NCBI GenBank assembly: GCA_014251975.1
Contig: CP059204.1
Location: 1 to 32,000 of the forward strand
Reading direction: 5' to 3'
Source of the DNA: Blattabacterium cuenoti
Lineage (GTDB): Bacteria > Bacteroidota > Bacteroidia > Flavobacteriales > Blattabacteriaceae
Length of the DNA stretch: 32,000 bases
Shown: in pieces, positions 9,539 to 18,331 of the stretch
Position numbering within the stretch: the stretch's first letter is position 1
How the letters are laid out: every line of letters begins with the position of its first letter
Made by a program: the position numbers and the translations under genes
Notes under the pieces: model-generated
What the model saw: the letters and a program-made list of their open reading frames with translations, nothing else
The model's database searches: none
What the model was told of the DNA's origin: nothing

Positions 9539-10798
9539 TTATATAAAATTAGATTCATTAGAATAATTTATTCTAATAAATAAAAATACTAAAATAGTAA
9601 AAGCCCAAAGAGAAGAACCACCATAACTAAAAAATGGTAGTACAATTCCTATTGTTGGGGTAAGACCCATTACCATACCTAAATTAATTCCTAAATGAGC
9701 AAAAAGAATATTCCCTACTGAATATCCATATACTCTACCAAAAATGCTTTTTTGCTTCTCAGATAAAAAATAAATTCTTGCAATAAATAAAAAATATAAA
9801 ATAATAACTACTATACATCCAACAAATCCCCACTCTTCACCTATAGAACAAAAAATATAATCAGTATGTTGTTCTGGTACATATCTACCATTTGTAATAT
9901 TCCCATTTTTATATCCTTTACCAAATAAATTTCCAGATCCTATAGCAGTTTTAGAATACAATAAATTATAACCTATGTTATTCCTATATTTTTTATCAAA
10001 TTCATCTTTAAATAATATATTTATTCTATCTCTTTGATGAGATTTTAATAATTCTTTAAAAAAAAATGGAGAAAAAAATGAAAATATAGAAAAGAAAATA
10101 AACAATGTACTATATAATAGTAAATCATAAATTAATATTTTCTTTTTTAAAGACAAAATAAGAACTAAAAGTATTGATAAAAATATAATTACAATATATG
10201 AATATATTTTAATAGAAATTAAAAATAAAAAAGCAGAAAATAAACAAAATATAATAAAAAAGATAGATAATCCTTCTCTATATAATGTTAAAATAAAAGA
10301 ACAAAATACTATTGAAGATCCAGGATCAGGTTGAATAAATATTAAAATAGCTGGGACTATTAATGTAATTATTATATAAAAAAATATATTTTTATCATAA
10401 CGTTTTAAACTTAAAAAATTTGCTATCATTAATGATGTAGATATTTTTGATAACTCAGATGGTTGAAAATTAATAAATCCAAATACATACCAAGATTTTG
10501 AACCATTAATAGTTTTACCAAAAAAAAATACTCCTATTAACAACAATAATGTAAAAAAAAAGAAAGATTTAGTAAAATTTTTGTAATGTATAGGATTTAA
10601 AAAAAAAATAATTAATATCGTAGCAAAACTAATAAATATCCATATTAATTGCTTTTCTGCTCTTTCAAAAGAAACAGAATATAAATTTATAGTACCAAAA
10701 AAAACTAAAATAAAATATATAATTACCGTTATCCAATCTATATTTTTAAAAAAATTATTATTTTTTGTTATCACTATAATTTTTTTTACTACATACAA
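9539..10798 (-). CDS. rodA: Rod-shape determining SEDS protein RodA (peptidoglycan glycosyltransferase)
   Basis: 419-aa polytopic ORF with FtsW/RodA/SpoVE motifs QPSELSKI, HTDYIFCSIGEEWGFVG and LPFFSYGGSS. It lies 3 nt downstream of mrdA. The start codon is TTG at 10798-10796, and the nearby ATG is out of frame. Confidence 0.85.
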   Translation of the reverse strand: MYVVKKIIVITKNNNFFKNIDWITVIIYFILVFFGTINLYSVSFERAEKQLIWIFISFATILIIFFLNPIHYKNFTKSFFFFTLLLLIGVFFFGKTINGSKSWYVFGFINFQPSELSKISTSLMIANFLSLKRYDKNIFFYIIITLIVPAILIFIQPDPGSSIVFCSFILTLYREGLSIFFIIFCLFSAFLFLISIKIYSYIVIIFLSILLVLILSLKKKILIYDLLLYSTLFIFFSIFSFFSPFFFKELLKSHQRDRINILFKDEFDKKYRNNIGYNLLYSKTAIGSGNLFGKGYKNGNITNGRYVPEQHTDYIFCSIGEEWGFVGCIVVIILYFLFIARIYFLSEKQKSIFGRVYGYSVGNILFAHLGINLGMVMGLTPTIGIVLPFFSYGGSSLWAFTILVFLFIRINYSNESNFI

Positions 10799-10801
10799 TT
10801 A

Positions 10802-12763
10802 TTATAATAATATATTATTATTTATACTAGTAATTATATAATAATAAATTTTTTGTAGCTTTTTATTTTTATTATTTTTTATAAAAATAAATTTTTTATA
10901 ATTTATCATAAATTTTTTCTTTTTTTCCACAAAAAAATAAATATTATTTAATCTATAATTCATTATTTTTTTTTCTAAATTTTCTCTATTAATATTTTTG
11001 TTAATATATTTTTCAGCAATAAGACTAGCAATAGGCCCAGCTATATGTGATCCATATCCCCCATTTTCAATAACTACAGAGATAGCTATTTTAGGATTTT
11101 TCACTGGAGCAAACAATATAAATATTGAGTGATCTGGTAAAGACATTGTTTTTTTACGAAATTGAATAAAATTTTGTGATGTTCCTGTTTTACCAGCCAT
11201 ATTTATATTTTTATGTTTAAACGACTTTCCTGTCCCAATAGAAAAAACTTTTTCCATTCCACGTATAATAAAATTAAAATATTTTTTATTTACTTTAACT
11301 TTATGAGGTTTATTATAATTATTAACTAATTTATTTTTTATTTTTTTTATTATATGAGGTGTATAATATATTCCTTTATTTGAAATAACACTTACTAAAT
11401 TAGCTAATTGTAAAGGAGTTACATTTATTTCACCTTGCCCAATACTATTAGATATAATTGTCATAGAGTTCCATTTTTTATTTCCATATCTTTTATTGTA
11501 GTAATTACCAGTAGGTATTAACCCTTTTTCTCCCGTAGATAAATCATTAAAAAAATAATTACCAAATCCAAAACTTTTTACTATCTTACTCCATTCATTT
11601 ACTCCTTTTGATAAATTTTTTGGATATTTTTCAATTATTTTTTTATAAACTCTAGCAAAATAATTATTACAAGATACAGCAATTGCTGTGTCTAATCCTA
11701 TTGGAACACCATGTATTTTTGATCTACATCTAATTATTTTGTTCCCATATCTAAATCCATTATGACATGTAAATAAAGTTTTATTATTTACCACCCCCAT
11801 TTGAAGTGCAGATAATTCTATTATTAATTTAAATGAAGATGCAGGGGGATACAATGCTTGAGTACATCTATCAAATAGAGGATTATCAATTGTATTTTTC
11901 ATTATATTAGATATTTTATCTCTATTTTCCCCTACAAATAAATTAGGATCACTGTTAGGACTAGATACCATAGTAAGTATTTCTCCATTTTTAGGATTTA
12001 TAGCTACTATACCACCTCTTTTATCATACATAAGATTTTTTGCATAATCTTGTAATTCCCAATCTATTGTTAAAGTAATATCGTTCCCATTTATTGCTTT
12101 AAAATCATTTTTTTTGTTATTATAGTTACCTATAATACAGCCGTTTCTATCCCTTATCAAATATGTAACACCTTTTTTCCCTCTTAAAATATTTTCATAA
12201 GTTTTTTCTACACCTGTCCAACCAATATAATCTCCAATTTTGTAATAATTAGAATTTTTATTAATATCTTTTTTATTTACTTCTCCAAGATATCCTAATA
12301 CATTTATAGAATGATTTACTTTATAATTTCTAATAGAACGCTTTACCCAATCAAATCCTTTATATTTATAAAGTTTTTCTTGTATATAAGCGAATTTTTC
12401 TTTTGAAATTATAGGAAGAAAAATAGATGGAAGATATTTAGAATAAGAATTTGCTTTTTTAAAATTATCGTAAAAAGTTTTTTTAGAAATTTCTAAAATA
12501 TTACAAAATTCTGAAATATTTAAATTTTTTTCTACCAAAATTGGTATTACTACTAATTCATATACAGGTCTATTAAATACTAATAACTTCCCATTTCTAT
12601 CAAAAATAAAACCCCTATCAGGAATAATTATTTCTTTTTTAACAGTAGTCATCAAAGCATTTAATTTATATTTATGTGTATATAATTGTAAATAAAATAA
12701 TCTAATAATAAAAATAAATGCTGTTATACTTAATAAAATATAAAATTTATATAATTTTTTCAA
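10802..12763 (-). CDS. mrdA: Penicillin-binding protein 2 (elongasome D,D-transpeptidase)
   Basis: 653-aa ORF with an N-terminal TM anchor. Transpeptidase motifs are SxxK (ASSFK), SxN (SCN) and KTG (AGKTGTS). It sits between mreD and rodA. The TTG start forms a TTGA overlap with the mreD stop. Confidence 0.88.
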   Translation of the reverse strand: MKKLYKFYILLSITAFIFIIRLFYLQLYTHKYKLNALMTTVKKEIIIPDRGFIFDRNGKLLVFNRPVYELVVIPILVEKNLNISEFCNILEISKKTFYDNFKKANSYSKYLPSIFLPIISKEKFAYIQEKLYKYKGFDWVKRSIRNYKVNHSINVLGYLGEVNKKDINKNSNYYKIGDYIGWTGVEKTYENILRGKKGVTYLIRDRNGCIIGNYNNKKNDFKAINGNDITLTIDWELQDYAKNLMYDKRGGIVAINPKNGEILTMVSSPNSDPNLFVGENRDKISNIMKNTIDNPLFDRCTQALYPPASSFKLIIELSALQMGVVNNKTLFTCHNGFRYGNKIIRCRSKIHGVPIGLDTAIAVSCNNYFARVYKKIIEKYPKNLSKGVNEWSKIVKSFGFGNYFFNDLSTGEKGLIPTGNYYNKRYGNKKWNSMTIISNSIGQGEINVTPLQLANLVSVISNKGIYYTPHIIKKIKNKLVNNYNKPHKVKVNKKYFNFIIRGMEKVFSIGTGKSFKHKNINMAGKTGTSQNFIQFRKKTMSLPDHSIFILFAPVKNPKIAISVVIENGGYGSHIAGPIASLIAEKYINKNINRENLEKKIMNYRLNNIYFFVEKKKKFMINYKKFIFIKNNKNKKLQKIYYYIITSINNNILL

Positions 12764-13275
12764 ATTTTTATTCTTCTAAAGAAGAAATAAACAATACATA
12801 AAAAAGAAGTTAACATACAGCTAAGTATAATTTTTATAAAAGAAAATTTATTTAAATTAATAGATTCCTTCAATATTTCAAATATATATAAGGACATATT
12901 ATGTGTTATTACAATAGATAAAATATAAAATATATTTTTAATAAAGGACATATTATAAATTGAAAAATTTTTTTTTGTTAAAAAATAATTTCCATCAATA
13001 AATAATAAAAATTTTAATCTAAAAAATGCTACTAATATAGTAGAAAAAGCATGTATCCCCCCAGTATTCATACAACAATCTACAAATTCTCCAATTAAAA
13101 AAGATAAAAATAAAAACATATATTTATTCCATGAAAATGGATAATATATTATAAATATTATATATATATACAGGTAATCTATATAAAAAATAGTATAATT
13201 TAAAATTGATATTTGAATTAAACATATAAAAACACCATAAAATAATGATTTAATTAAGTTTTTAATAATATTCAT
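12760..13275 (-). CDS. mreD: Rod shape-determining protein MreD
   Basis: 171-aa strongly hydrophobic multi-TM ORF in the conserved mreC-mreD-mrdA position. The call rests mostly on size, hydrophobicity and synteny. Confidence 0.6.
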   Translation of the reverse strand: MNIIKNLIKSLFYGVFICLIQISILNYTIFYIDYLYIYIIFIIYYPFSWNKYMFLFLSFLIGEFVDCCMNTGGIHAFSTILVAFFRLKFLLFIDGNYFLTKKNFSIYNMSFIKNIFYILSIVITHNMSLYIFEILKESINLNKFSFIKIILSCMLTSFLCIVYFFFRRIKI

Positions 13276-13278
13276 TTA

Positions 13279-14082
13279 TTAATCTTCAACTTTATTAATT
13301 ATATCACATTCTTTTTTTAGTAAATTTTTTACAACATAAGCATATTCGATAGTATAAAAATTAGCTATAAGTTTAACTTTAATTATGTAATTAGAATGTT
13401 CCGCATCTAATTTATATGATACAATTTCCCCTATTTTAATACCTTCTGGAAATATTGATGATTTACCATCTGTTTCTATAATATCACCTATATTTATAGG
13501 ACAATATTTAGGTATATCATTTAAAATTATAAATTTAAAATCTTTACCATCCCAACTTAAAGTTCCAAAATATTTATTTTTTTGTAATCTAGCATTAATT
13601 TTTAATTTTAAATTTAACAAAGAAATAGCAGTGCTAAAATGTGGTGTAGTTTTTATTATAACACCTCCTATTCCATTAGGTAAAATTACACCCATGTCTT
13701 TTTGTATCCCATCTATTGATCCTTTGTTAAAAGTTATATAATTTTCTTGTTTATTAATACTGTTATTTATAATTTTAACTGGTGTATATATATACTTCTG
13801 AAAGTATTTAACATCTTCTTTTTTAAAATCTTTTGGTATAGTTATTATTTTAGAAGATATAATATCATTATGTAATTTACTATTTTCATATAATAATTTT
13901 TTATTTTTTTCCTCTAATAAATAATAATTTTTTAAATTATAAATTATATTATATACGTTACCAGTAATAAAACTTGAAGAACTAATATAATTAAAATTTG
14001 AAAATGAAAATACTATTGCAATTAATTCTAATAATAAGAAAAAAAACAAAAATTTAAAATCAAAAATTGAGTTATTACGCAT
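13279..14082 (-). CDS. mreC: Rod shape-determining protein MreC
   Basis: 267-aa ORF with an N-terminal TM segment and a coiled-coil-like region. The MreC beta-domain pattern is GVILPNGIGGVIIKTTPHFSTAISLLN....INARL....YFGTLSWDG. It lies immediately downstream of mreB. Confidence 0.72.
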   Translation of the reverse strand: MRNNSIFDFKFLFFFLLLELIAIVFSFSNFNYISSSSFITGNVYNIIYNLKNYYLLEEKNKKLLYENSKLHNDIISSKIITIPKDFKKEDVKYFQKYIYTPVKIINNSINKQENYITFNKGSIDGIQKDMGVILPNGIGGVIIKTTPHFSTAISLLNLKLKINARLQKNKYFGTLSWDGKDFKFIILNDIPKYCPINIGDIIETDGKSSIFPEGIKIGEIVSYKLDAEHSNYIIKVKLIANFYTIEYAYVVKNLLKKECDIINKVED

Positions 14083-14108
14083 TATATATCTATTTTTTTG
14101 ATAAATAT

Positions 14109-15149
14109 TTATTTCATTAAAAATGTAAACTTATCAATATTTTTTAACGCTATTCCTGTCCCTTTTACAACTGCTCTTAATGGATCTTCTACTAAAAATA
14201 CTGATAGTCCTGTTTTTTTAGCAATTCTTTGATCTAACCCCCTTAAAAGAGAACCACCTCCTGCCATATAAATACCTGTTTTATAAATATCTGCAGCTAA
14301 TTCTGGAGGAGTACTAGATAAAGTTTCCATTACAGCATCTTCAATTCTTAAAATTGACTTATCTAACGCAGGAATTATTTCTTTATATGAAATACTCATT
14401 TCTTTAGGTTTACCTGTAGATAAATCTCTACCTTGTATTCTAATATTTTCAGGAGGAATATTTATTGTTTCAATAGCAGAACCTATATCTATTTTTATTT
14501 TTTCTGATGTTCGTTCACCTACATATAAATTATATTTACTTCTAAGATAATAAGATATATCATTAGTAAACACATCTCCAGCAATTTTTATAGATTTTTT
14601 GCATACTATTCCTCCTAATGCTATAACACCACATTCTGTAGTCCCACCACCTATATCAACAATCATATTCCCTTCTGCTTTTGTTACTGAAATACCTGAA
14701 CCTATAGCAGCTGCCATAGGTTCTTCAATTAAATAAACTTCTTTTGCATTAAGATTGTGAGCTGAATCTTTAACAGCTCTTTTTTCAACTTCTGTAATAC
14801 CAGATGGGATGCAAATCACCATTGTTAGAGATGGAGTAAATAATCTATTATTAATACCAGGAATTTTTTTTATAAACTCTCTAATCATTAATTCAGCTAT
14901 TTTATAATCTGCGATAACACCATCTTTAAGTGGTTTATATATTTTTATGTTTTCATGTGTTTTACCTTGCATTTTTTTTGCTTTTTCTCCAACTGCTATA
15001 ACCTTTTGTATTCTAATATCTATTGCAATTATTGAAGGTAAATCTACTACTATCTTATTATCATACATAATAAGAGTATTAGCAGTACCTAAATCTATAG
15101 CTATTTCTTGTGTAAATAGATTATTCATAAAATTTACCACTAATCCCAT
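14109..15149 (-). CDS. mreB: Rod shape-determining actin homolog MreB
   Basis: 346-aa ORF with the actin-fold phosphate-1 motif IAIDLGTANT, plus DIGGGTT and GIYMAGGGSLLRGLD. An alternative ATG 7 codons downstream (15128) is also plausible. Confidence 0.93.
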   Translation of the reverse strand: MGLVVNFMNNLFTQEIAIDLGTANTLIMYDNKIVVDLPSIIAIDIRIQKVIAVGEKAKKMQGKTHENIKIYKPLKDGVIADYKIAELMIREFIKKIPGINNRLFTPSLTMVICIPSGITEVEKRAVKDSAHNLNAKEVYLIEEPMAAAIGSGISVTKAEGNMIVDIGGGTTECGVIALGGIVCKKSIKIAGDVFTNDISYYLRSKYNLYVGERTSEKIKIDIGSAIETINIPPENIRIQGRDLSTGKPKEMSISYKEIIPALDKSILRIEDAVMETLSSTPPELAADIYKTGIYMAGGGSLLRGLDQRIAKKTGLSVFLVEDPLRAVVKGTGIALKNIDKFTFLMK

Positions 15150-15228
15150 TAATATTTTTTTTATGAAAATATTTACCTAATTTAAATAAAAATTACAGTT
15201 TTTCAGTATATTAAATATATTATAAATA

Positions 15229-15690
15229 ATGAAAAAACATTATATTTTTTTACTTTATAGAGGTTATAAAAAAATTAAATTAGATTTTTTTTTAAAAAAA
15301 ATTTCTCAAAATATTGGTAAAATTATTAGAAAGTCTTCTTATTTTAATGTACGTAAAGTAGAAAAAAATACTTATATAGTATTGTATTTGACTACTTGTT
15401 TATCTCCTTATATTTTATTTAAAAAAATATTATATATAGAATATTTTATGAAAAATATTTTAGTAAATTATAATATTAAAAATTCAATTAAATATAAAAA
15501 TATAAATATATATATTTTATTTTATGATGATATTATTATATACAGTCCTTTATTAAAAATACCTTATCCTTTAATACATTTACGTCGTTTTATGTTAGAA
15601 CCTATGTGTGAAATTTCACCTGAAAAAAATCATCCTATTTTTAATAAAACAATGTTAGAAATTTTAGGTACATTTTCTTATAATTCATAG
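15229..15690 (+). CDS. folK: HPPK-like ORF (2-amino-4-hydroxy-6-hydroxymethyldihydropteridine diphosphokinase homolog), catalytic residues eroded
   Basis: 153-aa ORF. The C-terminal LKIPYPLIHLRRFMLEPMCEISPEKNHP aligns by hand, without gaps, to the HPPK signature L.VPHP....R.F.L.PL.EI.P....P. Upstream SSYF.. and T.LSP..L...L.IE also follow the HPPK fold order. The Mg-binding D-x-D position reads N-I-Y, and the PHP His is Tyr. See findings. Confidence 0.5.
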   Translation: MKKHYIFLLYRGYKKIKLDFFLKKISQNIGKIIRKSSYFNVRKVEKNTYIVLYLTTCLSPYILFKKILYIEYFMKNILVNYNIKNSIKYKNINIYILFYDDIIIYSPLLKIPYPLIHLRRFMLEPMCEISPEKNHPIFNKTMLEILGTFSYNS

Positions 15691-15951
15691 TTATAGTTAA
15701 AAATCATTATAGGGATAAAAATAACTGTATTTTTATTTTTTTTTGCATTTGTCTTAAATAATATTTTTTTTATTGTTGTAGTTGTAATATTAATGTTTTT
15801 AAGTTAGTTTGAATAATAAAAATATTTTATTATATTTAGTCTTTATTGAAACGTTTTATTATTTAAAAATGAATTATTGTTTAATAAATTGAAGATTTTT
15901 TTATTTTTATATAACTTTTTTTAAAAAAAACTTAATAAAAATATTATTTAA

Positions 15952-16716
15952 TTGAGATTTTTTATAGAACTATCTTATAATGGAAGTAATTTTTACGGAT
16001 GGCAAATACAAAAAAATGTAAAAACTATAGAAGGTGAATTAGAATTTTGTTTGTCTAAATTATTGAAAATACCTATAAATATTATTGGAGCTAGTAGAAC
16101 AGATAGAGGTGTACATGCTAAACAAATGTTTGCCCATTTTGATATAGATAAAAATTTTAATATAGAAAATATTGTTAATAGGTTGAATATTTTTTTACCA
16201 AAATCTATTAGAATTTTTAGAATTTTCCCTGTAAAAGATAATTATCATTCTAGATTTAATGCTATTAAAAGAACATATAAATATTTTATTTCTAATAAAA
16301 AAAATCCATTTTATTCAGATTTTTATTGGTATTGTTATTATACATTAGATTATAAAAAAATGTATTTGGCATCTAAATTATTAATGAATTATAAAAATTT
16401 TAGTGTTTTTTGCAAAAAAAAATCTATTTATAAAACAAAAAATTATATATGTAAAATATATAATTCTATTTTGTATAAAGAAAAAGAATTTTTATGTTTT
16501 ACTATTCAAGCAAATAGATTTTTAAGATGTATGGTAAGATTTATTATAGGTGCATTAGTAGATATAGGAAGAAAAAAAATAACAATAAATGATTTTATAA
16601 ATATAATAGAATTAAAAAAAATTAATTATTGTCTTCCTATAGCACCTGCATCAGGTTTATTTCTTTACAAGATTTTTTATCCAATAGATGTTTATAAAAT
16701 AATTTATGAAACATAG
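15952..16716 (+). CDS. truA: tRNA pseudouridine(38-40) synthase TruA
   Basis: 254-aa ORF. The N-terminus (M)RFFIELSYNGSNFYGWQIQ matches the TruA family start MRY.L.L.Y.G..Y.GWQ.Q, and the catalytic Asp context is GASRTDRGVHA. The start codon is TTG at 15952. Confidence 0.9.
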   Translation: MRFFIELSYNGSNFYGWQIQKNVKTIEGELEFCLSKLLKIPINIIGASRTDRGVHAKQMFAHFDIDKNFNIENIVNRLNIFLPKSIRIFRIFPVKDNYHSRFNAIKRTYKYFISNKKNPFYSDFYWYCYYTLDYKKMYLASKLLMNYKNFSVFCKKKSIYKTKNYICKIYNSILYKEKEFLCFTIQANRFLRCMVRFIIGALVDIGRKKITINDFINIIELKKINYCLPIAPASGLFLYKIFYPIDVYKIIYET

Positions 16717-17347
16717 TTTTAAATACAATAAAGAGATAGAATTATTCCTTAATGGATTACCACCAAATAATTTAAAAAAAATATTATTTAATAATAAAAT
16801 TTTTGCAGTAGATGGAGCGTATTGGTATTTAAAAAAGAATAAAATTCCAATAAATTATATAAGTGGTGATTTTGATACAAAATATATTTCTAATTCTTTA
16901 AAAAAAAATATTAAACAAAAATCAAATATTTTTTATACATATAATCAAAATTATACAGATTTTGATAAGGCATTATATATTATCTATAATAAAGGATTTT
17001 TAAATGTAAACGTTTGGGGTGCAAGTGGAAAAGAACAAGATCATTTTCTTGGTAATCTTTCTACAGCATTAAAATATAAAAATAAATTATCTATTATATT
17101 TTATGATGATTATTATACATATTTTTTTTCAGAAAAAAAAAATATTTTTTTTATTAAAAAAAATAAAAAAATATCTCTTTACCCTTTCCCAAAGGTTATT
17201 GGACTTACTACTAGTGGCCTAAAATATCCAGTTTCAAAAGAAAAACTTGAAATAGGATATAAAATTGGAATAAGAAATAAATCTATTAAAAATAAAATAG
17301 AAATATCTTATAATAAGGGTGAATTATTAATTTTTGCAGAAAGATGA
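16706..17347 (+). CDS. Thiamine diphosphokinase (thiamine pyrophosphokinase)
   Basis: 213-aa ORF with TPK catalytic-domain motifs VDGAYWYL......NYISGDFDT, NYTDFDKAL and GASGKEQDHFLGN. Its ATG overlaps the truA 3' end by 11 nt. Confidence 0.75.
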   Translation: MKHSFKYNKEIELFLNGLPPNNLKKILFNNKIFAVDGAYWYLKKNKIPINYISGDFDTKYISNSLKKNIKQKSNIFYTYNQNYTDFDKALYIIYNKGFLNVNVWGASGKEQDHFLGNLSTALKYKNKLSIIFYDDYYTYFFSEKKNIFFIKKNKKISLYPFPKVIGLTTSGLKYPVSKEKLEIGYKIGIRNKSIKNKIEISYNKGELLIFAER

Positions 17348-17355
17348 CAATACCT

Positions 17356-18288
17356 TTAATAATTAATAGATAATTTTTTTATCATTTTTTTAACATGATT
17401 TGCAGAGTTCTCTAATAATTTTTTTTCTTTACAATTTAATTTTAACTCTATAATTTTATCAACTCCATTTTTACCCAATATAATTGGTACTCCTAAATAT
17501 AATTCACTTAAATTATATTCTCCTTTTAAAAATACTGAACAAGAAAAAATCTTTTTATCATTTTTTAATATTGATTCTACCATCTCTACAATAGACGCAG
17601 CTGGTGCCATCCAAGCGGATGTTCCTAGACAATCAACTATATTTTCTCCTCCTTTTTTAGTTTTGTTAATAATTTCATCATTTTCTTTTTCTGATAAAAA
17701 TTCTTTAATTGGTATACCAGATATAGTAGTATATCTATATAAAGGGACCATTGTATCCCCATGAGATCCTAATAATAAAGATTGAATGTTATAAGAAGAA
17801 ATATTTAACTTTTTTGATAAAAAAAAACGATATCTTGAAGTATCTAAAATACCTGCCATTCCAATAATCCTATAAGGATTTATTTTAGCAGTCATATAAC
17901 TAACATAGGACATTACATCTAAGGGATTAGATACAATAATAAATTTTGCATTTGGAGAAAAAAAAATAGATTTTTTTACAACTGAATGAATAATGTCTGA
18001 ATTAATTTTTAATAAATCATCACGATTCATACCTGGCTTTCTTGTAACACCACAAGTAATTATAACTATTTCAGAATTAACTGATTTTTCATAATTTTCA
18101 GTACCAATTATATTGGTATTAAGTCCATATATAGAATTCATTTGAGATATATCTAAGCTTTTACCTTTAGATATTCTTTGTTTAATATCTATTAAAACTA
18201 TTGTTTCAACCAAATTTTTGTTAGCTAACAAACTAGCACATGTTGCTCCTACATTTCCTGATCCAATAATAGTAATTTTTATTCCCAT
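17356..18288 (-). CDS. mdh: Malate dehydrogenase (LDH-like MDH family)
   Basis: 310-aa ORF with the Rossmann motif KITIIGSGNVGAT, the substrate loop GVTRKPGMNRDDLL and the catalytic-His context GSHGDTMVP. Confidence 0.92.
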   Translation of the reverse strand: MGIKITIIGSGNVGATCASLLANKNLVETIVLIDIKQRISKGKSLDISQMNSIYGLNTNIIGTENYEKSVNSEIVIITCGVTRKPGMNRDDLLKINSDIIHSVVKKSIFFSPNAKFIIVSNPLDVMSYVSYMTAKINPYRIIGMAGILDTSRYRFFLSKKLNISSYNIQSLLLGSHGDTMVPLYRYTTISGIPIKEFLSEKENDEIINKTKKGGENIVDCLGTSAWMAPAASIVEMVESILKNDKKIFSCSVFLKGEYNLSELYLGVPIILGKNGVDKIIELKLNCKEKKLLENSANHVKKMIKKLSINY

Positions 18289-18313
18289 TTTATATATTTA
18301 ATTGAAAATAAAT

Positions 18314-18321
18314 TAAATTTG
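18314..18321 (+). promoter_or_regulatory. Candidate Bacteroidota -7 promoter box (TAAATTTG = TAnnTTTG) upstream of gcvP
   Basis: Exact match to the Bacteroidota primary-sigma -7 consensus TAnnTTTG, 10 nt before ATG 18332 and 52 nt before ATG 18374. No -33 TTTG lies at the expected spacing. Such 8-mers can arise by chance in DNA this AT-rich. Confidence 0.3.
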
Positions 18322-18331
18322 TATTTTCGTT

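Noticed and set aside
14947-15180. 77-aa plus-strand ORF overlapping the mreB 5' end
   Set aside because: It is antisense to the highly conserved mreB N-terminus and has no homology signal.
18289-18331. Glycine riboswitch upstream of gcvP
   Set aside because: The mdh-gcvP spacer is only 43 nt of AT-rich sequence, too short and unstructured for a glycine aptamer.
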